64,000 nt of DNA from Gemmatimonadales bacterium (GTDB lineage Bacteria; Gemmatimonadota; Gemmatimonadetes; Gemmatimonadales; GWC2-71-9), in contig JBBQXQ010000001.1 in the NCBI GenBank assembly GCA_038209515.1, positions 10,439 through 74,438 of the forward strand, in the 5' to 3' direction. Below, one piece after another: positions 27,171 through 34,688 of this stretch (position 1 is the first letter of the stretch; each line of letters opens with the position of its first letter). Below the pieces are notes generated by a model, which saw only the letters and a list, made by a program, of their open reading frames with translations, ran no database searches and had not been told where the DNA came from. The translations under genes and the position numbers were made by a program.

Positions 27171-29315
27171 GTGAGGCGGGCGCGGCCCGGCGCTCCGGCC
27201 CCACTCGGCGCCACGTGGGATGGCGAGGGGACCAATTTCGCTATCTACTCGGGGCACGCGACCGGGGTGGAGCTCTGCCTCTTCAACGACGCCGAGGATG
27301 CGGTCGCCGCCGAGCGTATCGCACTTCAGGAGCGGACCGACCAGATCTGGCATGCATATCTGCCGGATGTTCGTCCGGGCCAGGCCTACGGGTACCGGGC
27401 TCATGGTCCGGACGCCCCCAACGAGGGACACCGCTTCAATCCCGCCAAATTGCTGCTCGATCCCTATGCGAAGGCCATCAGCGGTACCATCGGGTGGAGC
27501 GACGTTCTCTCGAGCCATCCCGAGCGCACGGCAGATCCGAACCGCGACCTGGTGATCGACAACCGGGACAGCGCCGGAGCCATGCCCAAGTGCCTGGTTA
27601 TCGAGCCCGGTCTCAGTTGGGAAGGCGACCAGCCTCCGCGAACCCCGTGGCACCGCACTCTGATCTACGAGTGTCATGTGAAGGCCATGACCATGCTGCA
27701 CCCGAATGTTCCGGCGCAGCTGAGAGGAACCTATCTCGGGCTGGCGAGCGACCCCATCATCGATCACCTGACGCGTCTCGGGGTGACGGCGATCGAGCTC
27801 CTGCCGGTGCATCAGATGTTCACCGAACGCAGGCTCGCCGAGATGGGGCTGACCAACTATTGGGGTTACAGCTCGATCGCCTATTTCGCTCCCGATATAC
27901 GGTTTGCCACGGCCTCCGGTATGCCTGGGCGCCAGGTGGCCGAATTCAAGACCATGGTCAAGCGGTTCCACCAGGCAGGGATCGAGGTGCTGCTCGACGT
28001 GGTGTACAATCACACCGGCGAGGGGAATCAACTCGGACCGACGCTCAGTTTCCGCGGCCTGGAGAACAGCGCGTACTACTGGCTCAACCCGGAGAACCGC
28101 CGGCTGTACACCGATTTCACCGGCTGCGGCAACACCGTGGATCTCAGACACCCGCGCACGCTCCAGCTGGTCGTGGACAGCCTCCGGTACTGGGTGAAAG
28201 AAATGCACGTGGACGGATTCCGCTTCGATATCGCCCCAGTGCTGGGGCGAGGCGATCACGGCTTCAATCCGGCCGCGGAGTTTTTCGAGCTGGTACGCCA
28301 GGATCCGCTGCTGTCCCAGGTCAAGTTGATCGCCGAGCCCTGGGATCTCGGGCCTGACGGGTATCAGGTGGGACGGTTCCCGGGGGGCTGGAGCGAGTGG
28401 AACGGCAAGTACCGTGATACCGTTCGCCGCTTCTGGCGAGGCGATACGGGGCAGGTGGGCGAACTGGCTTCTCGGCTGTCCGGCAGCAGTGATCTATACG
28501 GGCACAACGGCCGCGGGCCCCAGGCCAGCGTGAACTTCGTCACCTGCCATGACGGGTTCACCCTGCATGATCTCGTCAGTTATGAGACCAAACACAACGA
28601 GGCAAACGGCGAGGACAATCGCGACGGAACCAATCAGAGCTGGAGCCGCAATTGGGGGGTGGAGGGACCCGCGGCAGCCACACCCATCGTGCGGATGCGG
28701 GAACGAATCAAGCGAACGCTGCTGGCCACCCTCGCCTTCGCGCAGGGGGTCCCCATGATCTCACACGGGGACGAGCTGGGCCGGACCCAGTCGGGCAATA
28801 ACAATGCGTACTGCCATGACGGGCCACTGACCTGGATCGACTGGAAGCTCGAGCCGTTGGACCGTGAGCTGCTGGAGTTCACCCGTACCGTCTTCGCCAT
28901 CCGTGCCGCCAATCCGGTGCTCCGACGGCGCACCTTCTTCAGCCATGAGCCGGCGGGGCTCGAGCACACCAGGGATCTCACCTGGCTTCGGGCGGAGGGC
29001 GGAGAGATGACCGCGGCTGAGTGGGAGGATCCGGCCAATCACCTGTTGGGGATGCTGATCCGAGGGGAGGCGTCAGACGAGACCGGCCAGCAAGGCCGCG
29101 GGCTCAACGGCGACCCGATCCTCCTCCTGCTGAACGGGGGAGGCCGGACAAAGTGGTTCACCCTGCCCGCCATCGGACGCCCGGGCATGTGGACCGAGCT
29201 GATCGATACCGCGCATCAGATGCCCCGGCCAGTGCAGGAGGACAGGGTGAGCCTGGTGCCGCATTCACTCGTACTGCTCCGGTACGGGTCTACCCTTCCA
29301 CCCGCTCTCCGATGA
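27171..29315 (+). CDS. glgX: Glycogen debranching enzyme (GH13)
   Basis: 714 aa. LGATWDGEGTNFAIYS, VVYNHTGEG, GFRFDIAPVL, AEPWD and FVTCHDGFTLHDL. Confidence 0.92.
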   Translation: MRRARPGAPAPLGATWDGEGTNFAIYSGHATGVELCLFNDAEDAVAAERIALQERTDQIWHAYLPDVRPGQAYGYRAHGPDAPNEGHRFNPAKLLLDPYAKAISGTIGWSDVLSSHPERTADPNRDLVIDNRDSAGAMPKCLVIEPGLSWEGDQPPRTPWHRTLIYECHVKAMTMLHPNVPAQLRGTYLGLASDPIIDHLTRLGVTAIELLPVHQMFTERRLAEMGLTNYWGYSSIAYFAPDIRFATASGMPGRQVAEFKTMVKRFHQAGIEVLLDVVYNHTGEGNQLGPTLSFRGLENSAYYWLNPENRRLYTDFTGCGNTVDLRHPRTLQLVVDSLRYWVKEMHVDGFRFDIAPVLGRGDHGFNPAAEFFELVRQDPLLSQVKLIAEPWDLGPDGYQVGRFPGGWSEWNGKYRDTVRRFWRGDTGQVGELASRLSGSSDLYGHNGRGPQASVNFVTCHDGFTLHDLVSYETKHNEANGEDNRDGTNQSWSRNWGVEGPAAATPIVRMRERIKRTLLATLAFAQGVPMISHGDELGRTQSGNNNAYCHDGPLTWIDWKLEPLDRELLEFTRTVFAIRAANPVLRRRTFFSHEPAGLEHTRDLTWLRAEGGEMTAAEWEDPANHLLGMLIRGEASDETGQQGRGLNGDPILLLLNGGGRTKWFTLPAIGRPGMWTELIDTAHQMPRPVQEDRVSLVPHSLVLLRYGSTLPPALR

Positions 29316-29667
29316 GCGCGCGGGAGACCTGCGTGGGGAAGTTCCGAATGTCGATGGGCTTGGTGATGTACCCGTCGAACCCCGCCTCGAGCGCCCGCTC
29401 GCGATCCCCGGTCATGGCGTGCGCCGTCAGGGCAACGACCCGCAGCGCGGAGAAGGGTGACTGTCTGATCTCCCGCAGCAGCGCGAAGCCGTCTTGACCC
29501 GGTAGCTGGATGTCCATGAGCACCAGCTCGGGAGTCGTACGCTCGATGGTCTCGAGCAGACCCTCGCCCCCCGGCAGGCCGGTCACCTCGTGACCCTTGA
29601 GGGTGAGCACGGTCCGGAACAGCTTCATGTTGTCCGGACTGTCTTCGACGACGAGGATCTTGGGCAC
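29290..29667 (-). CDS. Stand-alone response-regulator receiver protein (CheY-like)
   Basis: 125 aa. ILVVEDS, phospho-acceptor context LVLMDIQLPGQDG, and conserved K in GYITKP. The 3' end overlaps the glgX 3' end by 26 nt. Confidence 0.85.
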   Translation of the reverse strand: MPKILVVEDSPDNMKLFRTVLTLKGHEVTGLPGGEGLLETIERTTPELVLMDIQLPGQDGFALLREIRQSPFSALRVVALTAHAMTGDRERALEAGFDGYITKPIDIRNFPTQVSRALIGERVEG

Positions 29668-29796
29668 GCGTAAGTCCGTTGAGAATCGGGTGTCATATCA
29701 GTACAATCTTCAGGCACGTCCGGCAACAGCGACAGCGACGGCAGCCTCCCCCTGGTCATCGGATGGGCCCTTGAAGTACTCTCTCCCCAGCGACTC

Positions 29797-30645
29797 GTGC
29801 GCCCGGCTTCGCTCGCTGTAATCGGGTTGGGGGCGATCGGAGGCTCCCTCGCCTGGCAGGCGCGGCTGGCCGGTGTGGCCCGGGTGATGGGCTATTCTCC
29901 CGAGCCGGCCGAAGGAATTCAGGCACTCAAGGCGGGCGCCGTGACCGATCTGGCCGACACCGCTCCCCGTGCCGTACGCGGTGCGGAACTCGTCGTGCTC
30001 GCCGTACCCCCCCGGGCCACCATCGATCTGATCACAACACTGGCCTCCCAGCTCGAGCCTGGAGCCATCCTGACCGATGTATGCAGCGTCAAAGCGCCGG
30101 TGGTCGAGGGCGCCGTGACCGCAGGGTTGGGCGATCGGTTCGCGGGCGGCCACCCTCTCGCCGGCACTCATGAATCCGGATTCACCTCGGCTCGTCCCGA
30201 CCGCCTCCGCGGCTGCGTGGTGTACATCTGCGAGACCGGGACCGCGGAAGGCCATCGTGCGGCGCAGAGCGTGTCCGGTTTCTGGGAGCACACCCTGGAA
30301 GCCTCACCGGTTCGCATCGACGCAGAGGCCCACGACCGCCAGCTGGCCTGGACCAGCCACCTGCCGCAGGCGGTTGCCTACGCCCTCGCCAGGACGCTCG
30401 CCGCCCAGGGGCTCGGTGGCGTGTCGTTCGGCGCCGGGGCCAAGGATACCACCCGGATCGCGGCCAGCAGTCCCGATTTGTGGCTCGACATTTTCCTCTA
30501 CAACCGACGGGCGGTGAGTCTGGCCCTGGAGCGGACCGAGGCGAGCCTGGCCGAGCTCCGGCGAGCGATGGAGAGCAGCGATCTCCCGGCGCTGCAATCC
30601 TACCTCCGAACTGCCCAGGCGTTTCGGCGGGGCATCGACCGGTGA
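29797..30645 (+). CDS. tyrA: Prephenate dehydrogenase
   Basis: GTG start. NAD fold VIGLGAIGGSLA, GGHPLAGTHESG, and helical C-terminal domain. Confidence 0.85.
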   Translation: MRPASLAVIGLGAIGGSLAWQARLAGVARVMGYSPEPAEGIQALKAGAVTDLADTAPRAVRGAELVVLAVPPRATIDLITTLASQLEPGAILTDVCSVKAPVVEGAVTAGLGDRFAGGHPLAGTHESGFTSARPDRLRGCVVYICETGTAEGHRAAQSVSGFWEHTLEASPVRIDAEAHDRQLAWTSHLPQAVAYALARTLAAQGLGGVSFGAGAKDTTRIAASSPDLWLDIFLYNRRAVSLALERTEASLAELRRAMESSDLPALQSYLRTAQAFRRGIDR

Positions 30646-31907
30646 GAGTTGCGGGCACTGTCCAGGTTCCGGGCGATAAGAGCATCACCCACCGGGTGCT
30701 GCTGCTGGCGGCGCTGGCGCGCGGCATGAGCCGGATTACCGGCGCGCTCACCTCGCTCGATGCCCGCTCCAGCGCCCGAGTCCTCCGGCAGCTAGGTGCC
30801 GGCGTCTCACCGCTTCGCCAAGGTGCTGTGGCCCTGGTGCAGGGACGGGGCAGCTTCCGCCGGCCGATCGAGATTCTGGACTGCGGGAACTCGGGAACCA
30901 CCACCCGGCTGCTATTGGGCCTCCTTTCGGCTCACCAGTTCTCCGCCACGCTCACCGGCGACCGGTCGCTGCGCCGCCGGCCGATGCGCCGAGTTACGGC
31001 ACCGCTGTCCACGATGGGAGCGCGGTTTATCGAGCGCAACGGCGATGGCCTACCCCTCACAGTCGAGGGCGCCCGCCTCCAGCCGCTGAGCTACGAGATG
31101 CCGGTGTCCAGTGCGCAGATTAAGAGCGCCATTCTGCTCGCCGGCGTGGCGGGCGACGTGCCGGTGTCTGTGCGGGAGCCGCATGGACGCTCACGCGACC
31201 ACACCGAACGACTGCTCCGCTCCTTTGGCTACGGAGTGGCGGAGGGTGATGGCTGGATCCGCTTCTCCCCGGAGGGGCGGATCGAGCCATTCGATATTCA
31301 CGTCCCCGGCGATCCCTCCTCTGCGGCATTTCTGGTCGGGGCGGCCATTCTCGCGGAGCGAGGCGAGCTCCGCATTTCGGGTGTCGGGATCAATCCGACC
31401 CGCATCGGTTTTCTGGAAGTCCTCCGCCGGATGGGAGGCCGGGTCGAGATAGCCAACACCACCACGAGCTTCGGTGAGCCGGTCGGCGATCTCTTGGTGC
31501 GTCCCGGCGCGCTCCGCGCGACTGAGGTGGCTGCCGGGGAGATTCCCGGACTGATCGATGAGATCCCGCTTCTGGCGGTTCTCGCATCACGGGCGGAGGG
31601 CATTACCGCGTTCCGACAGGTCGGCGAGCTCCGGGTGAAGGAGAGTGACCGCCTCGGGTTGATCGCGGAGAACCTCAGAGCCGTTGGCGCACGCGCGGAG
31701 GTGGTCGGTGATGACCTCATTGTGGAAGGCCGTCACCGGCCACCTCGGGGAAGGGTGCGGACCGCGGCCGACCACCGGCTGGCCATGGCGTTCGCGGTGC
31801 TCCGGACTCTCCCGGGAGCCGAGATCAGAATCGACAACATGGCGTGCGCCGCCGTGAGCTTTCCGGGGTTTCCCGAGACGTTGAGGAGGATTCGTCGCCG
31901 ATCCTGA
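30642..31907 (+). CDS. aroA: 3-phosphoshikimate 1-carboxyvinyltransferase (EPSP synthase)
   Basis: GTG at 30642 overlaps the tyrA stop (GTGA). VPGDKSITHRVLLLAAL and LDCGNSGTTTRLLLG. Confidence 0.9.
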   Translation: MRVAGTVQVPGDKSITHRVLLLAALARGMSRITGALTSLDARSSARVLRQLGAGVSPLRQGAVALVQGRGSFRRPIEILDCGNSGTTTRLLLGLLSAHQFSATLTGDRSLRRRPMRRVTAPLSTMGARFIERNGDGLPLTVEGARLQPLSYEMPVSSAQIKSAILLAGVAGDVPVSVREPHGRSRDHTERLLRSFGYGVAEGDGWIRFSPEGRIEPFDIHVPGDPSSAAFLVGAAILAERGELRISGVGINPTRIGFLEVLRRMGGRVEIANTTTSFGEPVGDLLVRPGALRATEVAAGEIPGLIDEIPLLAVLASRAEGITAFRQVGELRVKESDRLGLIAENLRAVGARAEVVGDDLIVEGRHRPPRGRVRTAADHRLAMAFAVLRTLPGAEIRIDNMACAAVSFPGFPETLRRIRRRS

Positions 31908-32216
31908 TCAGGGGCCTCCACCCTGCGGCAGCCTTGGCTCGACCAGGCTCAGGAGAAGGACTCCGAAGACGGCCCCCGCCGCACCAGCGAAGAAATCCCA
32001 CCAGTCCGCGTCTCGGTAGGGCAGGAACCACTGCACCAGCTCGATTCCCGCCGCGAACGCGAACGAGATGAGGAGCGTCCACACCGGCTTCGATGCACGG
32101 TCGATATGAAGGAGCAGGGCAAACCCCGAAAAAACTGCAAAATGGACCAGCTTGTCGAGGTGGTTTGCCTCCGCGAGCGGAATGGTGCGCACCGGCACTA
32201 GAAAAACCAGCACCAT
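31908..32216 (-). CDS. VanZ-like membrane protein
   Basis: 102 aa. DKLVHFAVFSGFALL and GIELVQWFLPYR motifs. Its stop abuts the aroA stop. Confidence 0.65.
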   Translation of the reverse strand: MVLVFLVPVRTIPLAEANHLDKLVHFAVFSGFALLLHIDRASKPVWTLLISFAFAAGIELVQWFLPYRDADWWDFFAGAAGAVFGVLLLSLVEPRLPQGGGP

Positions 32217-32434
32217 GACGACTACATAGCCGACGAAGATGCCGTGACGCCACTGGCGGGCTGAGCGGTCAGGGAGTCTCGTAAGGATTGTTTGTTCCTA
32301 TCTCAGTGAGGCGAAGGATTGAGGCGACGGATTATAATCCTTCTCGCCGCGGATAGAATGCCGCGGCTGCCAGCCGGCCGCCCGGGCAGGGGGACCCCGC
32401 GAATGGACCAACATCTCGGCCGATCGAGGCTCAG

Positions 32435-33142
32435 TTGAGCGGCGGTGTCATCGCCATCGACGGGCCAGCGGCCTCGGGAAAGTCGAGTACCGCGCGCGCC
32501 GTGGCCGAAGCGCTCGGTCTTGCCCACCTCGATTCGGGCTCGCTCTACCGGGGGGTGACCCTCGTTGCCCTGCGAGAGGCGGCAAGGCGGGGGCTTCAGA
32601 CTGACGACCTCAGCACTCTCAGTCCTGAAACGATTTTGAGGGCCGCCGAGGATCGCGGCCTGATGCTTCAGCCGGACGAGGCCGGGTTCGCCGCGTATCT
32701 CGAAGGTGAGCCGGTGGACCTGGAGATCAGGAGCGCGAGGGTCACCGCGCAGGTCTCCGCCATCTCGGCTATTCCGGTGGTGCGCGAATGGATCAATGCC
32801 CGGTTGCGAGCCCTGGTTCGCGCGGGTCAGGACGTCGTGGTGGATGGACGGGATATCGGCACGGTGGTCTTTCCCGACGCCGACCTCAAAATCTTTCTGA
32901 CTGCGTCGCCTCAGGCTCGAGCGGGCCGCCGCATCAGCCAGCGCGGCATACCGGTACAGCCCGAGGGCCTCGATGCCGAAGCCGCCGCTCTGGCGGCGCG
33001 TGACCACGCCGATTCGACCCGGGCCGTGGCCCCGCTTCGGGCCGCCAGCGACGCGGTTCACCTTGACACCACCACCATGGACTTTGTCGAGCAGGTTCGC
33101 GTCATCGTGGACCGCGCCCGGCCGATCTTCTCCCGCCGCTGA
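32435..33142 (+). CDS. cmk: Cytidylate kinase
   Basis: TTG start. P-loop IAIDGPAASGKSS, plus DSGSLYR and VVDGRDIGTVVFPDA. Confidence 0.92.
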   Translation: MSGGVIAIDGPAASGKSSTARAVAEALGLAHLDSGSLYRGVTLVALREAARRGLQTDDLSTLSPETILRAAEDRGLMLQPDEAGFAAYLEGEPVDLEIRSARVTAQVSAISAIPVVREWINARLRALVRAGQDVVVDGRDIGTVVFPDADLKIFLTASPQARAGRRISQRGIPVQPEGLDAEAAALAARDHADSTRAVAPLRAASDAVHLDTTTMDFVEQVRVIVDRARPIFSRR

Positions 33143-33162
33143 GCTGACCCCACACCTCAAGC

Positions 33163-33174
33163 CCCAACCGATTG
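33163..33174. repeat. Left copy of flanking direct repeat CCCAACCGATTG
   Basis: Identical 12-mer at 35555-35566. Confidence 0.8.
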
Positions 33175-33290
33175 GCGCTGGTCCAATAAAGTTGTTACAA
33201 AGGAGGGATAGTGGGTCCTAACCCGCCACTTTGGCGAGCTTTGGGCAGTATTCGGCTTGTGCTTGAGCGTTCTGGAACACACATTCCGGC

Positions 33291-33668
33291 ATGGCCGAGG
33301 CTCCCCAGTCCATTTCCATTGTCTACGAAGAGCAGGACGTCCGTCCCACGATCCCCGTCAACGGGGCGATTGGGGGACCCTCTGTTGATGGCACCCTCGT
33401 CTTTATGCATGTCTATTCTGAGTTTGGCACCATTCCAGCGATGGAGGAGCATGAGGTGGGGCCAGGCGGACAGGTGGATGTGTCCAAGGGAAACATCATC
33501 AAACGAGGCACTCTTACCCGAAAAGTGCTTGCTACTCTGGTTCTTTCTCCCGAAGCCAGCGTGGTTGTCGGTAAATGGCTTCTTGAAAGAGCTGAGGTGG
33601 CGCGGCAGACTCGAACTCAGTACCAGGCTCATATGGATAAGCAGGCTAAGGCGGAGAAGCAGAAATGA
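33291..33668 (+). CDS. Passenger ORF1, hypothetical (DUF3467-like by eye)
   Basis: 125 aa. Beta-rich N-terminal half, then KVLATLVLSPEASVVVGKWLLERAE and a Lys/Gln-rich tail. This is the only protein-like frame here. Confidence 0.55.
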   Translation: MAEAPQSISIVYEEQDVRPTIPVNGAIGGPSVDGTLVFMHVYSEFGTIPAMEEHEVGPGGQVDVSKGNIIKRGTLTRKVLATLVLSPEASVVVGKWLLERAEVARQTRTQYQAHMDKQAKAEKQK

Positions 33669-34060
33669 GCAGCGCAGCGGCGGCGACCGCGTCGGCCAAG
33701 TGGCTTCGGCACACACCCCTGTCGTATACAACACTTGTGCGCCCACAAGCTGCTCCAGTGCCTGAGGCTTCCTCGCCGCCGGCGAGCATCCCAGGGCCAC
33801 TAGCCGGGCTTACGGTCCACCCGGGCCGACCCATCATCCGCCTTCATAAAGAGCCGTTCTTCGTGGAGCGGGACGGTGATACTGTCTACATCCGGCATGA
33901 GCGGTGGAGCCTTCTGGGCGCGGGGGAAACCCTTACGGCTGCATACAAGGATTTGCTGTCAGAGGCTTCCGACCTTGCGCCCGTTTTGGGTGCCATGCTA
34001 TTGAGCACATTCGACCAGGACGCTATGGATCTTTACCAATTCGTCCTTCGTATCGCATAG
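33665..34060 (+). CDS. Passenger ORF2, hypothetical (HicB/UPF0150-like C-terminal half)
   Basis: ATGA overlap with ORF1. FFVERDGDTVYIRHERWSLLGAGETLTAAYKDLLSEA resembles the HicB N-domain. The N-terminal ~55 aa are low complexity, so the start is uncertain. Confidence 0.5.
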   Translation: MSSAAAATASAKWLRHTPLSYTTLVRPQAAPVPEASSPPASIPGPLAGLTVHPGRPIIRLHKEPFFVERDGDTVYIRHERWSLLGAGETLTAAYKDLLSEASDLAPVLGAMLLSTFDQDAMDLYQFVLRIA

Positions 34061-34063
34061 GCA

Positions 34064-34375
34064 ATGCCTAGGGAACGTGCCGCGATTGTCTCCTCGCTTA
34101 CTTCCAAGGGTTTCGCACTTCGCCCGGGCAACCGGGACCACGATTACTACTTCTTTTCGCACGCAGGACTTACCCGCGCGGTCTTTACTAAGGTTTCGCG
34201 CGGTACGGCATTTCGGGAATACAACGATGGCTTGCTTAGTAAAATGAGTCGTCAACTCCAGCTTACACGCTCCCAATTGAATGACCTTATAGACTGTCCT
34301 TTGGATAGCCCTGGATACGTGACGGCCCTGACAGCTCGCGGAGTAATCCGGCCCTTGTCCCAAGGCGGTCAATGA
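34064..34375 (+). CDS. Passenger ORF3, hypothetical (HicA/YcfA-like)
   Basis: 103 aa starting 3 nt after ORF2. SLTSKGFALRPGNRDHDYYFF...TKVSRG...DGLLSKMSRQLQLTRSQLNDL parallels HicA toxins. Confidence 0.5.
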   Translation: MPRERAAIVSSLTSKGFALRPGNRDHDYYFFSHAGLTRAVFTKVSRGTAFREYNDGLLSKMSRQLQLTRSQLNDLIDCPLDSPGYVTALTARGVIRPLSQGGQ

Positions 34376-34623
34376 TGCATACTGGACGTATGCCTAAACG
34401 GTCAAGTAAGCCACCTACGGACCCCAACGAGGCCGCTTTCCGGGCCGTTGCTCGCTTGACGGGCACCGATCCCGATGCTGACGCACGGAGCCAAGCAGCG
34501 AGGCTGCTGGGCAGCCTGGGGGGCCGAATAGGAGGCCCGGCCCGGGCAAAGGTGCTCAGTGCCAAGCGACGAAAAGCCATCGCCAAAAAAGCGGCTCAGG
34601 CTCGCTGGCATAAGAAGGGCTAG
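34372..34623 (+). CDS. Passenger ORF4, small basic protein
   Basis: ATGA overlap with ORF3. C-terminal motif GGPARAKVLSAKRRKAIAKKAAQARWHKK. Confidence 0.5.
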   Translation: MMHTGRMPKRSSKPPTDPNEAAFRAVARLTGTDPDADARSQAARLLGSLGGRIGGPARAKVLSAKRRKAIAKKAAQARWHKKG

Positions 34624-34647
34624 GGCAGCCACCTAGCCCTCTTTCTT
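34617..34647 (+). terminator. Rho-independent terminator of the passenger cassette
   Basis: GGGCTAGG-loop(7)-CCTAGCCC followed by TCTTTCTT. The ORF4 stop codon lies in the stem. Confidence 0.65.
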
Positions 34648-34652
34648 GGCCC

Positions 34653-34681
34653 TTGCATTCTTGACCGCTCAAGCATAGATT
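34653..34681 (+). promoter_or_regulatory. Sigma-70-like promoter for the transposase (TTGCAT-17 nt-TAGATT)
   Basis: The -10 hexamer ends 7 nt before the ATG at 34689, which implies a leaderless or near-leaderless mRNA. Confidence 0.45.
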
Positions 34682-34688
34682 ATCTAGC

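Noticed and set aside
26703-28259. 518-aa minus-strand ORF antisense to glgX (plus 380-aa out-of-frame plus-strand ORF 27215-28357)
   Set aside because: The GlgX frame carries all GH13 catalytic motifs. The alternative frames are Arg/Gly/Pro-rich and lack start-site support.
33211-33765. 184-aa ORF at the left end of the transposon, preceded by a perfect AGGAGG 4 nt upstream of its GTG
   Set aside because: Despite the strong SD-like sequence, the product is W/R/S/P/L-rich junk and overlaps passenger ORF1 and ORF2, which have protein-like composition. The AGGAGG may be coincidental, or it may serve a very short upstream peptide.
34582-34613. A6 run (GCC AAA AAA GCG) in passenger ORF4 as a possible -1 frameshift site fusing ORF4 to the transposase, by analogy with IS1 insA-insB
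   Set aside because: The -1 frame is indeed the transposase frame, but it hits TAA at 34611-34613, long before the transposase ATG. The heptamer is also not a proper X XXY YYZ site in the ORF4 frame.
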